From: Nitrospirota bacterium
GTDB lineage: Bacteria; Nitrospirota; Thermodesulfovibrionia; Thermodesulfovibrionales; Dissulfurispiraceae
NCBI GenBank assembly: GCA_040754455.1
Contig: JBFMCP010000049.1
Span: 1 to 18,970, forward strand
Direction: 5' to 3'
DNA length: 18,970 nucleotides
Shown piece by piece: positions 7,574 to 16,080 of this stretch; position 1 is the first letter of the stretch, and each line of letters starts with the position of its first letter. Made by a program: the position numbers and the translations under genes. The notes under the pieces are model-generated. The model searched no databases and was not told where the DNA came from. It saw nothing but the letters and a program-made list of their open reading frames with translations.

Positions 7574-10500
7574 GCTTTACCGAACGATACCTGAAAAGGC
7601 CGTATCTTATTACCTCTCTGATATTTCTGGCGGCATTTATCGGCTTCATCGGCTTTAAGAAAATGCCGATCAACCTCTTTCCCGACAGCGACTATCCCCA
7701 GATCGCAGTTATCACCTTTTATCCCGGCGCCTCTGCGAAGGACATTGAAGACAAGGTCACCCGTCTCGTCGAAAAGGAACTGAACACCATAGACCAGATA
7801 CGGAAGGTCTCTTCATCCACAAAGGACGAGATGACCGCGGTTACGGCTGAGTTTGAGTACGCAAAGGGGCTCGAGGCCGCTGCAACCGATGTGGCAAATG
7901 CGTTGAAAAAGGTCGAGGGCCAGTTGCCGTCCGATATACGCTCCCCGCAAATATTCAAGATCAGCAAGGCGACGCAGCCCGACCTGATCCTCTCTTTGAC
8001 TTCGAAAGAAAACTCTCCCTATGACCTCGCAAAGATACGCCAGCTTGCAGACAATAACATAAAGGAAGACCTCCTGAGAGTGCCGGAAGTGGCCAACGTG
8101 GAGGTCTTCGGCGGTTATAATCCCGAGTTGACCATATCAGTCAAGCCTGACCTCCTGAACGCCTATAGCATAAACATTGCGCAGGTCATCGCCGCAGTAG
8201 CCGCCCAGAACCTCAATATCCCGGACGGTCTGATCATAAGAGATAAGGACCAGTATATCATCAAGACACAGGGCGAGCTGCTGAAGAAGGAGGATGCCGG
8301 CGAGATCGTCGTTGCGCACGCCGGCACAGGGGATGTCCATCTCAGGGACGTGGCGGAGATACGGGCGGGATACCAGGAGCGGCAGTCCCTCTTTCACGGC
8401 AACGGCAAGCCGGCCATAGCGATAAGCATTCTTCGCTCAGTCAGAGGGCATGACATGGACACCATCCACTCTGTCGAAAAAGCCCTCCCTGCGCTCAAGG
8501 CAAAGTATTCCATGATCAACTTCGAGATCGCGGACACCCAGAAGGATCTCATTGAAAAGAGCGTCGATAACATGATCGACGCCTTGCGGGACGCGATCAT
8601 CATGACAGTGATCGTAATCTTTCTCTTCCTTGCCGATATACGCGGCATGATCATCTCGGCGATCTCCATCCCCTTTACCTATCTCCTGACCTTTGCGGTG
8701 ATGTACCTGCTCGGCATGGAATTCAACATGGTCACCCTCACCGGAATCATCCTTGCCGTGGGCATGCTCCTCGACGACGCCATCGTGGTCATAGAAAATA
8801 TAGAACGGAGATACCACAGCAACAAGGAGGACTTGAAGAACGCGGTCTTCGGCGGCACGGACGAGGTGATGCTCGCCATATTCTCCGGCACCTACGCAAC
8901 GATCATGGTGCTCCTTCCCATCATATTCATCGGCGGCTATGTGCAGACGGTCTTGAGGCCGCTTTCGCTGACCCTCTCCATCGCTCTCGCCGTATCGTAT
9001 ATCGTCTCCGTTACCGTGATACCGCTCTTCGCTCCCCTGATCTTAAAGGCAGAGGCCAAAAAGAACAGGCTGGAACAGGCAACGCAGCTTTTTGACCGGT
9101 ATGTCATCTCTCCCATAAGAGACTTCTTTGTCGGACTCCTCGGCACCGCGCTCAAGCACAGGGCACTGTTCCTTGCCGGCGCGGTCATCGTTCTCGTCTT
9201 CAGCATGAGGCAGATGCCCCTGGTCGGCAGGGACCTCATGCCGCCCATGGATACCGGTATCATCAAGGTCGCCTTCGAAGCGGACTCCAACACATCCCTC
9301 CTGACAACAGAGACGTTATTGAACAATATGGAAGAGATCATCAAAAAGACACCGGGGGTGGTGCGAATATCCACAACGGTAGGTTCCGAGCCCGGCGTCA
9401 TCAGTTTCGGCAGCGGCAGGATCCCCCAGCAGGGGGCGATGACCGTCCACCTTGTGGACAGGTTTCACCGCAAGGAATCCATCTGGCAGATAGAAGACAG
9501 GCTCAGGAGTGAGTTCAGAAAGATCCCGGGACTCAAGCATATTGATGTGTACGATTACGGAGCAACCGCTATGTCGTCAATCAAAGCGCCGGTTGATATC
9601 ATGATAAGCGGTCCCGACCCCGCGATCATCAACGCCATCGGCAACGATGTCGTGAATAAACTGCAAAAGGTCAAAGGGCTTGCCAGCATATCACGAAGCT
9701 GGACGTATGACAAAAAGGAGATAGCCTATAAGATCGATATGGGGAAGGCTGCTCTGTACGGGATGTCACCGGTCGCCGTCTCCCAGCAGGTGGCGGCAGC
9801 CGTGCGCGGGGGAATGGCATCGGTATTCAGGGTTCCGGGGCAGGACGGGTATTCCATGCGGGTCCAATTTTCCCCCGAATACAGGAACAATCTCTCGTCC
9901 CTCGAAACCATGCTCATCCAAACACCGAAAGGCGCTGTCCCGCTTAAGGAACTAGGGAGGCTGGAGATGGTCAATGCACAAACATCGATGGCCCGTCAGT
10001 ATCTGCAGCCCACTCTCGATATATACGGTTACCGAAGCAAAGCAGCGGTATCTCACATCCACAATGACCTGAATGCCGTGCTAAAGGATATAAAGCTTCC
10101 TCCGGGGTACACCCTTGCGCACGAAGGGGATTTGAAGCAGATGAAAGACTCCTTCGGAAGGCTGCTGGCCGCACTCGGCATCGGACTGGTACTTCTCTAT
10201 TTTTCCCTCGTGCCTGCGTTCAAATCATGGATGCACCCGTTGACCATAATGTCGGCCATTCCCCTTGCACTTATCGGGGCGGTGTGGTCAATGCTCATTA
10301 CCGGAAAGCATCAGTGCCAGCCGGCGTTCATGGGCATGATACTCCTCGCCGGGATCGTGGTGAAGAATTCCATTCTCCTCATCGATTTTATCGAGGAAGC
10401 GCGTGGCAAAGGAGAGGGCCTGATTGACGCCATCGTCGGCAGCGTGAAGATAAGGACCAGGCCCATTCTGATGACCGCAGTAGGGACCAGTGTCGGGATG

Positions 10501-10695
10501 CTCCCCATTGCACTGGAATGGGCCATAGGGCTCGAGCGCCTCTCCCCACTGGCAATCGTCGCAATCGGCGGCTTGATGGTTTCGACGTTCTTAACGCTTG
10601 TCTATGTTCCAATCCTCTATAGTCTGTTTGACGGCTTGAAAGAAAAGGTCGGGAAGCTCTCTTTTTTCAAAAGAGCACCGGGACTGGAAACATAG
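7570..10695 (+). CDS. RND efflux permease (AcrB/AcrD/AcrF family)
   Basis: 1041 aa. TM4 GMLLDDAIVVIENIER, KNSILLIDF and RTRPILMT proton-relay motifs. Confidence 0.95.
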   Translation: MSFTERYLKRPYLITSLIFLAAFIGFIGFKKMPINLFPDSDYPQIAVITFYPGASAKDIEDKVTRLVEKELNTIDQIRKVSSSTKDEMTAVTAEFEYAKGLEAAATDVANALKKVEGQLPSDIRSPQIFKISKATQPDLILSLTSKENSPYDLAKIRQLADNNIKEDLLRVPEVANVEVFGGYNPELTISVKPDLLNAYSINIAQVIAAVAAQNLNIPDGLIIRDKDQYIIKTQGELLKKEDAGEIVVAHAGTGDVHLRDVAEIRAGYQERQSLFHGNGKPAIAISILRSVRGHDMDTIHSVEKALPALKAKYSMINFEIADTQKDLIEKSVDNMIDALRDAIIMTVIVIFLFLADIRGMIISAISIPFTYLLTFAVMYLLGMEFNMVTLTGIILAVGMLLDDAIVVIENIERRYHSNKEDLKNAVFGGTDEVMLAIFSGTYATIMVLLPIIFIGGYVQTVLRPLSLTLSIALAVSYIVSVTVIPLFAPLILKAEAKKNRLEQATQLFDRYVISPIRDFFVGLLGTALKHRALFLAGAVIVLVFSMRQMPLVGRDLMPPMDTGIIKVAFEADSNTSLLTTETLLNNMEEIIKKTPGVVRISTTVGSEPGVISFGSGRIPQQGAMTVHLVDRFHRKESIWQIEDRLRSEFRKIPGLKHIDVYDYGATAMSSIKAPVDIMISGPDPAIINAIGNDVVNKLQKVKGLASISRSWTYDKKEIAYKIDMGKAALYGMSPVAVSQQVAAAVRGGMASVFRVPGQDGYSMRVQFSPEYRNNLSSLETMLIQTPKGAVPLKELGRLEMVNAQTSMARQYLQPTLDIYGYRSKAAVSHIHNDLNAVLKDIKLPPGYTLAHEGDLKQMKDSFGRLLAALGIGLVLLYFSLVPAFKSWMHPLTIMSAIPLALIGAVWSMLITGKHQCQPAFMGMILLAGIVVKNSILLIDFIEEARGKGEGLIDAIVGSVKIRTRPILMTAVGTSVGMLPIALEWAIGLERLSPLAIVAIGGLMVSTFLTLVYVPILYSLFDGLKEKVGKLSFFKRAPGLET

Positions 10696-10776
10696 CAGAA
10701 CAGTACTATATTATGGAGCATTCAGACCTTAGGTGCTGAATCCTCCGGTTAGCAGCATAGGGAAAAGGAGACGGTC

Positions 10777-11490
10777 ATGAAAAACAACTGTATCGATGAT
10801 TTCCTGAGAATGGTTCCGGCGTTTTCGGAAGTAAGCGATCAGGCATTGAACGAGATCAAAACGCATCTCTACAAGGAGCACTATCCGAAAGGCGGGATCA
10901 TATTCCAGCAGGGGGATCCCGTGACCGCACTCTATATCGTCGAAATGGGAAAGATCGAAATCTATAAGGATGATGAAGAGGGGAAAAGGCTCACCATGTG
11001 GTTCATCAATCCGGCTGAAATGTTCTGTGTCCCTACACTGATTTTCGGCAAAGCGATTGCAAGCGCCGAGGCAGTGAAGGATACGCTTCTCTATTGCCTG
11101 GATAAGGAGCACTTTGACCGCATTCTTAGGGAATTTCCCGAGTTCTCCACCGGTCTGTTGCTCTGTCTATCGAACAGGATACTCAGCTACTCCAACTCTG
11201 TGGACAAGATTGCCTTCAACAGCACCGTTTCGCGTATCGCTGAAATACTCCTGACCCACAAAACCGCTGATGAAGAGGGCAATACGGTTTGCCTCCTCTC
11301 CCAAACCGATATCACCTCCCTGGCAGGTATATGCAGAGAGACCGTCTGCAGGACCTTGAACAAGCTCAAAGCGGACCACATCATAAGCGTCAAATACCGC
11401 ATGATCATTATCCATGACCTCCAAAAGCTTAAGGCTCTCTGCAAAGAGCGAGGAACGTATCCCCTCCCCTGCAGAGAGCGAGACGGCTAA
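10777..11490 (+). CDS. Crp/Fnr-family transcriptional regulator
   Basis: cNMP-binding-like beta domain (IFQQGDP...LYIVEMGKIEIY), HTH LSQTDITSLAGICRETVCRTLNKL, AAGGAG RBS. Confidence 0.93.
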   Translation: MKNNCIDDFLRMVPAFSEVSDQALNEIKTHLYKEHYPKGGIIFQQGDPVTALYIVEMGKIEIYKDDEEGKRLTMWFINPAEMFCVPTLIFGKAIASAEAVKDTLLYCLDKEHFDRILREFPEFSTGLLLCLSNRILSYSNSVDKIAFNSTVSRIAEILLTHKTADEEGNTVCLLSQTDITSLAGICRETVCRTLNKLKADHIISVKYRMIIIHDLQKLKALCKERGTYPLPCRERDG

Positions 11491-11503
11491 ATCACCTCAT
11501 ATT

Positions 11504-12805
11504 CTATTTGCCTTCTTTCGATATGGTTATGCTTTTAGCGTACTTATGCCATAGGAAAGAATGGTCTTCCATCTTCGTTCCGAACGGCAGATACCACAAT
11601 TCTACTGTCACCGTCATTGCATAGGAGGCGATGGTTCTTATCATCTTATCCCCCTTCTTCACTTCCTCGACAGGGAACGGGATATCGAACTTTTCGGTTA
11701 CCGTACGCTGGGGGGGCAGGCTCGTATCTCTTAAAATCCCGCTCTTCTCGTACGGTCCTCTCCCCATTCTATCGCCGCGGCCGAACTGCTGCGGCACCGG
11801 CATATACACTTTCGATTGTTTGAAGATTTCCTTGCCGTCATCGGTTGTAGCGGTCACTTCCAGGACCAGCCTGTTCGGCGTCGGTCAACCGTCGGGGATC
11901 CCGTGTCCTGCCTTGTTGGTCATCTCGACCCTCACCGATGTCTGCGGCACGATCTTCGTCCCGTCACGCCAGTAATAACCCAAGGCTTCGACATGGAAAT
12001 CAACTGCCGCCTTCGCCATGCCGGGATCGCGGTAGCTCTGCATATTATGGCCCAGCTTGCTCTTTTGAATATGGCACTCCTGACAGGTCTCATGCCCGCC
12101 CTCAGCCCTGTAAGCCCAGAGATAACTCCCATAGAGGGTAGCGCATTGTGTCGGATTTTCGAGCTCGAAATTGGGGCCGAGCCCGTGGCACTGGCCGCAG
12201 AGTATCGATTCTTTCATGACAGGGCTCTTTTTCATTGCAGGATGTGATGGGGAGGCATGAGCGCCGTCCTTTGAGCCATACACTGAGTTTTTCTCAGGGT
12301 AGCCGTCAGTCCATTTGTGCACAATCGCATTTCGATTGTGGCAGACGAGACAGTTTATGTTCAATTTGGCAAGCGCTGCCTCGGCCTTCTCATCACCTTC
12401 TGAAACCGCGTAGATCGCTTTGACGATCTCCTGCGCTACAGAATCCTCCGCATCGCCTAGCTGGGGGAGATGGCATTTGGCGCACATCATGAGGTGCTTG
12501 ACATTGACATCCTCGGGCTTCTTCACACCGGAATAGGGCCATTCCTTCAGCCCGTTCTCGATGCTGGTCCTGAAGGTAGCGGCGGTCCTGCCTGCATTGC
12601 CGAAGATCGATTTCGAATGGACCGATTTTTCCCACTCCTTGTAGATATCCTCATGGCACATCCTGCATGAACTCGAATCATACATCGCAGCAAGCTCATC
12701 GATCGTTTTCGCCTTTTTTGTTTCGGCAGAGGCAGGCTGCACTGCGTGCATTGCGGCGTATAGAAGAGTCATGCACATAAAAACATAAAGAAAGCTCTGC
12801 TTCAT
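11504..12805 (-). CDS. extKL: Five-heme c-type selenocytochrome, ExtKL-like (433 aa, Sec at codon 307)
   Basis: Signal peptide and five CxxCH motifs (CRMCH, CAKCH, CLVCH, CGQCH, CQECH). The frame continues through TGA (11887-11885) as GHGIPDG-U-PTPNRLVLEVTATTDDGKEIF into the 11504-11857 ORF. Confidence 0.9.
11861..11873 (-). promoter_or_regulatory. Candidate SECIS apical hairpin of the extKL-like gene
   Basis: UGA, 11-nt spacer CCGACGCCGAA, then CAGG-CUGGU-CCUG. Short stem with G-containing loop. Confidence 0.55.
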
Positions 12806-12884
12806 TCTATTTCTCCTTTCTCCTCGCTGCCGCTATACTCATGAGCTCCTCATAACAACGAGGGAAGTCCTCTCGATAAAATCA

Positions 12885-12906
12885 GGGAGAGGATCGCTCC
12901 TCTCCC
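12885..12906 (-). terminator. Strong intergenic hairpin (possible leaky terminator or mRNA stabiliser)
   Basis: On the minus strand GGGAGAGGA-GCGA-UCCUCUCCC (perfect 9 bp, GNRA loop) followed by UGAUUUUAU. Confidence 0.55.
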
Positions 12907-12948
12907 ATAGGTGGGTAAGAAGTTAAGGAATATATCCTTAACAGGGGG

Positions 12949-13221
12949 TTAGCATCCTTCCATTACTTTCTTCTTCGCTTTTTTCGCGGTAGCGTCTTTC
13001 TTTACGACTTTTCCGCTCTTTACCGTCACTGTATCGCCCTCTTTGAGATCCATGCCGCCGGCTTCTGCTTTTGTTATGCTCCCGTCGGCCTGCTTGACTG
13101 AGACTGTTGCTCCCTCGACCTTTACTACCTGTCCTGTTATATCATCACCCGCAAATCCAAGAGCGGCAAAGCTTACTGTGAACAGAAGCATGACTAAGGC
13201 CACCAAACTCTTATTTCTCAT
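12949..13221 (-). CDS. extJ: Small exported ExtJ-like protein with C-terminal EGC
   Basis: AAGGAGG RBS, signal peptide, small OB-like beta domain (ITGQVVKVEGATVSV...LKEGDTVTV), Lys-rich tail ending VMEGC. Lies between the porin and the extKL-like gene. Confidence 0.75.
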   Translation of the reverse strand: MRNKSLVALVMLLFTVSFAALGFAGDDITGQVVKVEGATVSVKQADGSITKAEAGGMDLKEGDTVTVKSGKVVKKDATAKKAKKKVMEGC

Positions 13222-13260
13222 CGTTTCGTCCTCCTTTATTAATTTTGATAACTAAAACTC

Positions 13261-13578
13261 TTACTCGCCGGTTCTGGGCTCTGCCCATTTAAAGCGTATT
13301 CCCTCATTTTTCTCTTTTGAGGCTTTCGCACTACGCTTCTTTTCGCTTTTTCCTTCCTTGTCCGCCTTCGGAGCGATCTCCTCGCCTTGCTTGGGAGCGG
13401 CTTGTGCCGCATCCTTTTGACCGCTCCGGAACTGAATGCCCTCTACAGCCTCTGCCCTGTCCTCCAGCACGATCTCCTGCGTTTTGCCTGATTTGAACGT
13501 TATCACTACGCTATCGGCAAAGCATACCGTACTGCCGAAAAGGCAGAGCACCAGGATCGTCCATTGCATCTTCTTCAT
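13261..13578 (-). CDS. Hypothetical exported protein
   Basis: Signal peptide, short beta-rich segment, charged linker, C-terminal GIRFKWAEPRTGE. Co-oriented in the operon. Confidence 0.75.
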   Translation of the reverse strand: MKKMQWTILVLCLFGSTVCFADSVVITFKSGKTQEIVLEDRAEAVEGIQFRSGQKDAAQAAPKQGEEIAPKADKEGKSEKKRSAKASKEKNEGIRFKWAEPRTGE

Positions 13579-13612
13579 CTTTTATCACCGTTATTCTTTT
13601 GCAGCTCGTGCA

Positions 13613-14974
13613 TTAGAGCACCAGCTGGAACATCATTCTATACGTATCGAAGTTTTTTATCTTTGCAGGTGACGCAAGGCCCATCATTCCGGTTTCCTGA
13701 CCAAAATCGGTCTTGAGATACTCGGCGGTGATACGCACATTCTGTTTCTTGATGTAATAGTTGATGCCGACCCCCTTCTGTTTGATTTTCTGTTCATTCA
13801 CGCCGAGCAGATGCGCGAAATTCCAGTGCTCATAGAGCACATACGGCTGAATTCTGCCCTCTTTCCCTAAGGTGAAAGGGAACATGTAGGCAAGCTTGGC
13901 AAACCAGCCCTCTTTCTGACCGTTCAGCCCTGCAACAAAGGTGTTACGGTCGGCAAAAGCTGTGTTGGTCTTGTATGCGTCATCAAAGTCGATCTTAAGG
14001 TATTGGCTATTTGCGGTCACCACACCAAAGGGGAACGGATATTCGAACAGGATGTCGGCGGCGTATGCCCAATAGTCCACGGTTTCGTCGTTCAGTACGG
14101 TAACGCCGGTACCATTCTGCACAACGTTTCTAAATGCCGCATCGGCCTCGTATGCGGCGCCTGCTCCGACAGTAAGTATCTTTTTCTTCCCGAGGTAGGT
14201 TCCTTCATACCCTGACCCGGGCTCGGCGTCGAGGAAGGAATAATGCACTCTCGCAACGTATTCGAAGTTGCTCTTCGGTTCGGGCGACGAATCATAGGTT
14301 TGACCGGGCACAAGAGCGGTAGCTCCTGCTACTGTTGTCGGCGAGGAGAACGTCCAACGGTTGGTCCCCTCCCTGCCTTCGAAAACGCCGAACCAGTATT
14401 TGAGTTTATCCTCAAGGAACGCTCCCCAGAGGACTACGCCGATATCACGGCTGAATTTGGTGGGCGATCCGCCGTAGGAAGAATAGACGAACATCGAACG
14501 ATCCATGCTGAGCGGAGCGAAACAATCATCCAGGTTGGCCCTGGTCAACGGGATCTTCGTGAGACCCAGCTTCATATTCAATCTCGGGTCAAAATTCCCG
14601 ATGACGTATGCATCGATCAGCCTTATGTCACGATCGTTCCAGTCATTTGCTGTGAGAGAGTAGATGTAGCCGAGCGGCGTTTTTGAGCTTCCGCAATTGC
14701 CGCATGTCTGGAATTTCGCACCCCACGTTTCGTTCATCATACCGGTGAACGTAAGTCTTGAACGCTGGAAGTGAAGATCAGTGCGGTCCTCGGATCCAGT
14801 TCGCCCCGAGCCGAAGTTGGTGTTTTCTGCAAAGAGCTGGAGCTTCACATCCATCTGCAGGAATCCGTCATCGCCGAATTCAATCATGGGACCAGCATGA
14901 ACGGTGGCAGCGACTGCCAGGCTCAGGAATATTCCAAGAAATATTCCGAGCATAGTTTGAGGTAGCTTTCTCAT
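13613..14974 (-). CDS. extI: Outer membrane porin, ExtI-like (OprO/OprP-like beta barrel)
   Basis: AAGGAGG RBS, signal peptide, amphipathic beta strands (RSRLTFTG, LIDAYV, SRDIGVVLWG, GVGINYYIK...RITAEY). Synteny with extJ/extKL-like genes. Confidence 0.8.
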   Translation of the reverse strand: MRKLPQTMLGIFLGIFLSLAVAATVHAGPMIEFGDDGFLQMDVKLQLFAENTNFGSGRTGSEDRTDLHFQRSRLTFTGMMNETWGAKFQTCGNCGSSKTPLGYIYSLTANDWNDRDIRLIDAYVIGNFDPRLNMKLGLTKIPLTRANLDDCFAPLSMDRSMFVYSSYGGSPTKFSRDIGVVLWGAFLEDKLKYWFGVFEGREGTNRWTFSSPTTVAGATALVPGQTYDSSPEPKSNFEYVARVHYSFLDAEPGSGYEGTYLGKKKILTVGAGAAYEADAAFRNVVQNGTGVTVLNDETVDYWAYAADILFEYPFPFGVVTANSQYLKIDFDDAYKTNTAFADRNTFVAGLNGQKEGWFAKLAYMFPFTLGKEGRIQPYVLYEHWNFAHLLGVNEQKIKQKGVGINYYIKKQNVRITAEYLKTDFGQETGMMGLASPAKIKNFDTYRMMFQLVL

Positions 14975-15030
14975 GAAACCCTCCTTGTTAATTTTGGCTT
15001 CACTATAAAGCTTCTACCACCATTCCCCTC

Positions 15031-15070
15031 AATGATTGCTGTCACAGGAGATTGTGACAGGTGTCACAAT
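15031..15070. promoter_or_regulatory. Tandem CRP-type binding sites in the divergent promoter
   Basis: ATTGTGAC-AGGT-GTCACAAT (15051-15070) contains a perfect TGTGA-N6-TCACA. A second degenerate site AATGA-N6-TCACA lies at 15031-15046, 22 bp away. Confidence 0.85.
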
Positions 15071-15089
15071 CCTCGCGAAAAGAGTTGGC

Positions 15090-15095
15090 TATACT
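15090..15095 (+). promoter_or_regulatory. Putative -10 element (TATACT) of a class II CRP-type promoter
   Basis: If 15090 is -12, the centre of the perfect palindrome (15060.5) falls at -41.5. Confidence 0.6.
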
Positions 15096-15121
15096 ACTGT
15101 CAGTGAATGGGAGAATCTCTT

Positions 15122-15520
15122 ATGCATGGCCTCTCATTTGAATCAAAAAAGATGCAAAACGCTAAGAGAAGCTTTTATCCGGATTACCTGAGCGAAATAC
15201 TCCTGGTGATATTTCTCACCGCGGGGACTGCTTTTGTACTCGCTCTGCTTTTCCCGCCACCTCTTACCATGGAGATTAATTTCGCCGCAGCATATCAGCC
15301 TCTGCCCGAGTGGTACTTCCTGTGGATCTATCAGCTGGTGAAGTATTTCCCCGGGGCATGGGCATTCGTAGGCACGGTCCTCGTGCCGGCAGCTGCTTTT
15401 GCACTGCTGCTCTTCATTCCCCGCATTGACCGCGGCACTGCATCTACAAGGGTTCTTGCGGGCTCATGCATTATCGCGTTATTGATCAGCTTCATCATCC
15501 TTACACTGGTTGCCTTATGA
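15122..15520 (+). CDS. Cytochrome b C-terminal half (b6f subunit IV-like, PEWY; ExtQ-like)
   Basis: FYPDY, Qo-site motif PLPEWYFLWIYQLVK and three TM helices. Start 15122 follows a GGGAGA RBS; alternatives are 15107 and 15152. Confidence 0.88.
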   Translation: MHGLSFESKKMQNAKRSFYPDYLSEILLVIFLTAGTAFVLALLFPPPLTMEINFAAAYQPLPEWYFLWIYQLVKYFPGAWAFVGTVLVPAAAFALLLFIPRIDRGTASTRVLAGSCIIALLISFIILTLVAL

Positions 15521-16077
15521 GTAGTATGGGAAGGATTATAAAGCCGCAAACGGCATCCCCTCAGCAGACCGGGGAGAGGATACTCGACTCTTCTGCACAT
15601 CCGGCCGCAGAGGAAGGGCATATTCCTGCAAACGCACGACGGGAGTTCCTAAAGAGCGTTATTAAAAAGGGATTTACGCTGCTTGCCGTGCTCTTCGGAT
15701 TTGTCACGCTGCGTTTCCTTTATCCTGCAAAAATAAAAGAGCCTGAATTGCGTTATTACGCTCTGCTACCCGAGGAGGAACTGCCGCGGGAAGGAATTAA
15801 GAAGGCCGAACTTACCTACAAAAAAAACGATAAAACGATAACCTTGAGAATATTTCTGGTCGGTCACGGAGACAGGCAGTTTGCACTCTCCTCATCGTGC
15901 AGCCATCTGGGGTGCCTCGTGAGCTGGTCATACCACAAGAACCTGTTTATCTGTCCGTGCCACGGCGGCACCTACGATATCGAGGGGAACGTGGTATCCG
16001 GCCCTCCGCCGCTTCCTCTTTCCCGGTTGCCGCTGAAAGTGCAGGACGGAAAGGCCTTTGTCGGGATCAGGGTCTGA
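15517..16077 (+). CDS. Rieske 2Fe-2S subunit of a Rieske/cytochrome b complex
   Basis: Tat-like ARREFLK plus TM anchor, boxes CSHLGC and CPCHGG, GPPPLPL. ATGA overlap with the upstream gene. Confidence 0.93.
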   Translation: MSSMGRIIKPQTASPQQTGERILDSSAHPAAEEGHIPANARREFLKSVIKKGFTLLAVLFGFVTLRFLYPAKIKEPELRYYALLPEEELPREGIKKAELTYKKNDKTITLRIFLVGHGDRQFALSSSCSHLGCLVSWSYHKNLFICPCHGGTYDIEGNVVSGPPPLPLSRLPLKVQDGKAFVGIRV

Positions 16078-16080
16078 ACT

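Noticed and set aside
5600..10612. Numerous antisense ORFs within the efflux genes (likewise within other long genes)
   Set aside because: Shadow ORFs opposite well-supported genes, with no motifs.
11504..11857. 117-aa ORF as an independent gene
   Set aside because: GTG start without a clear RBS. Better explained as the post-Sec part of the ExtKL-like protein.
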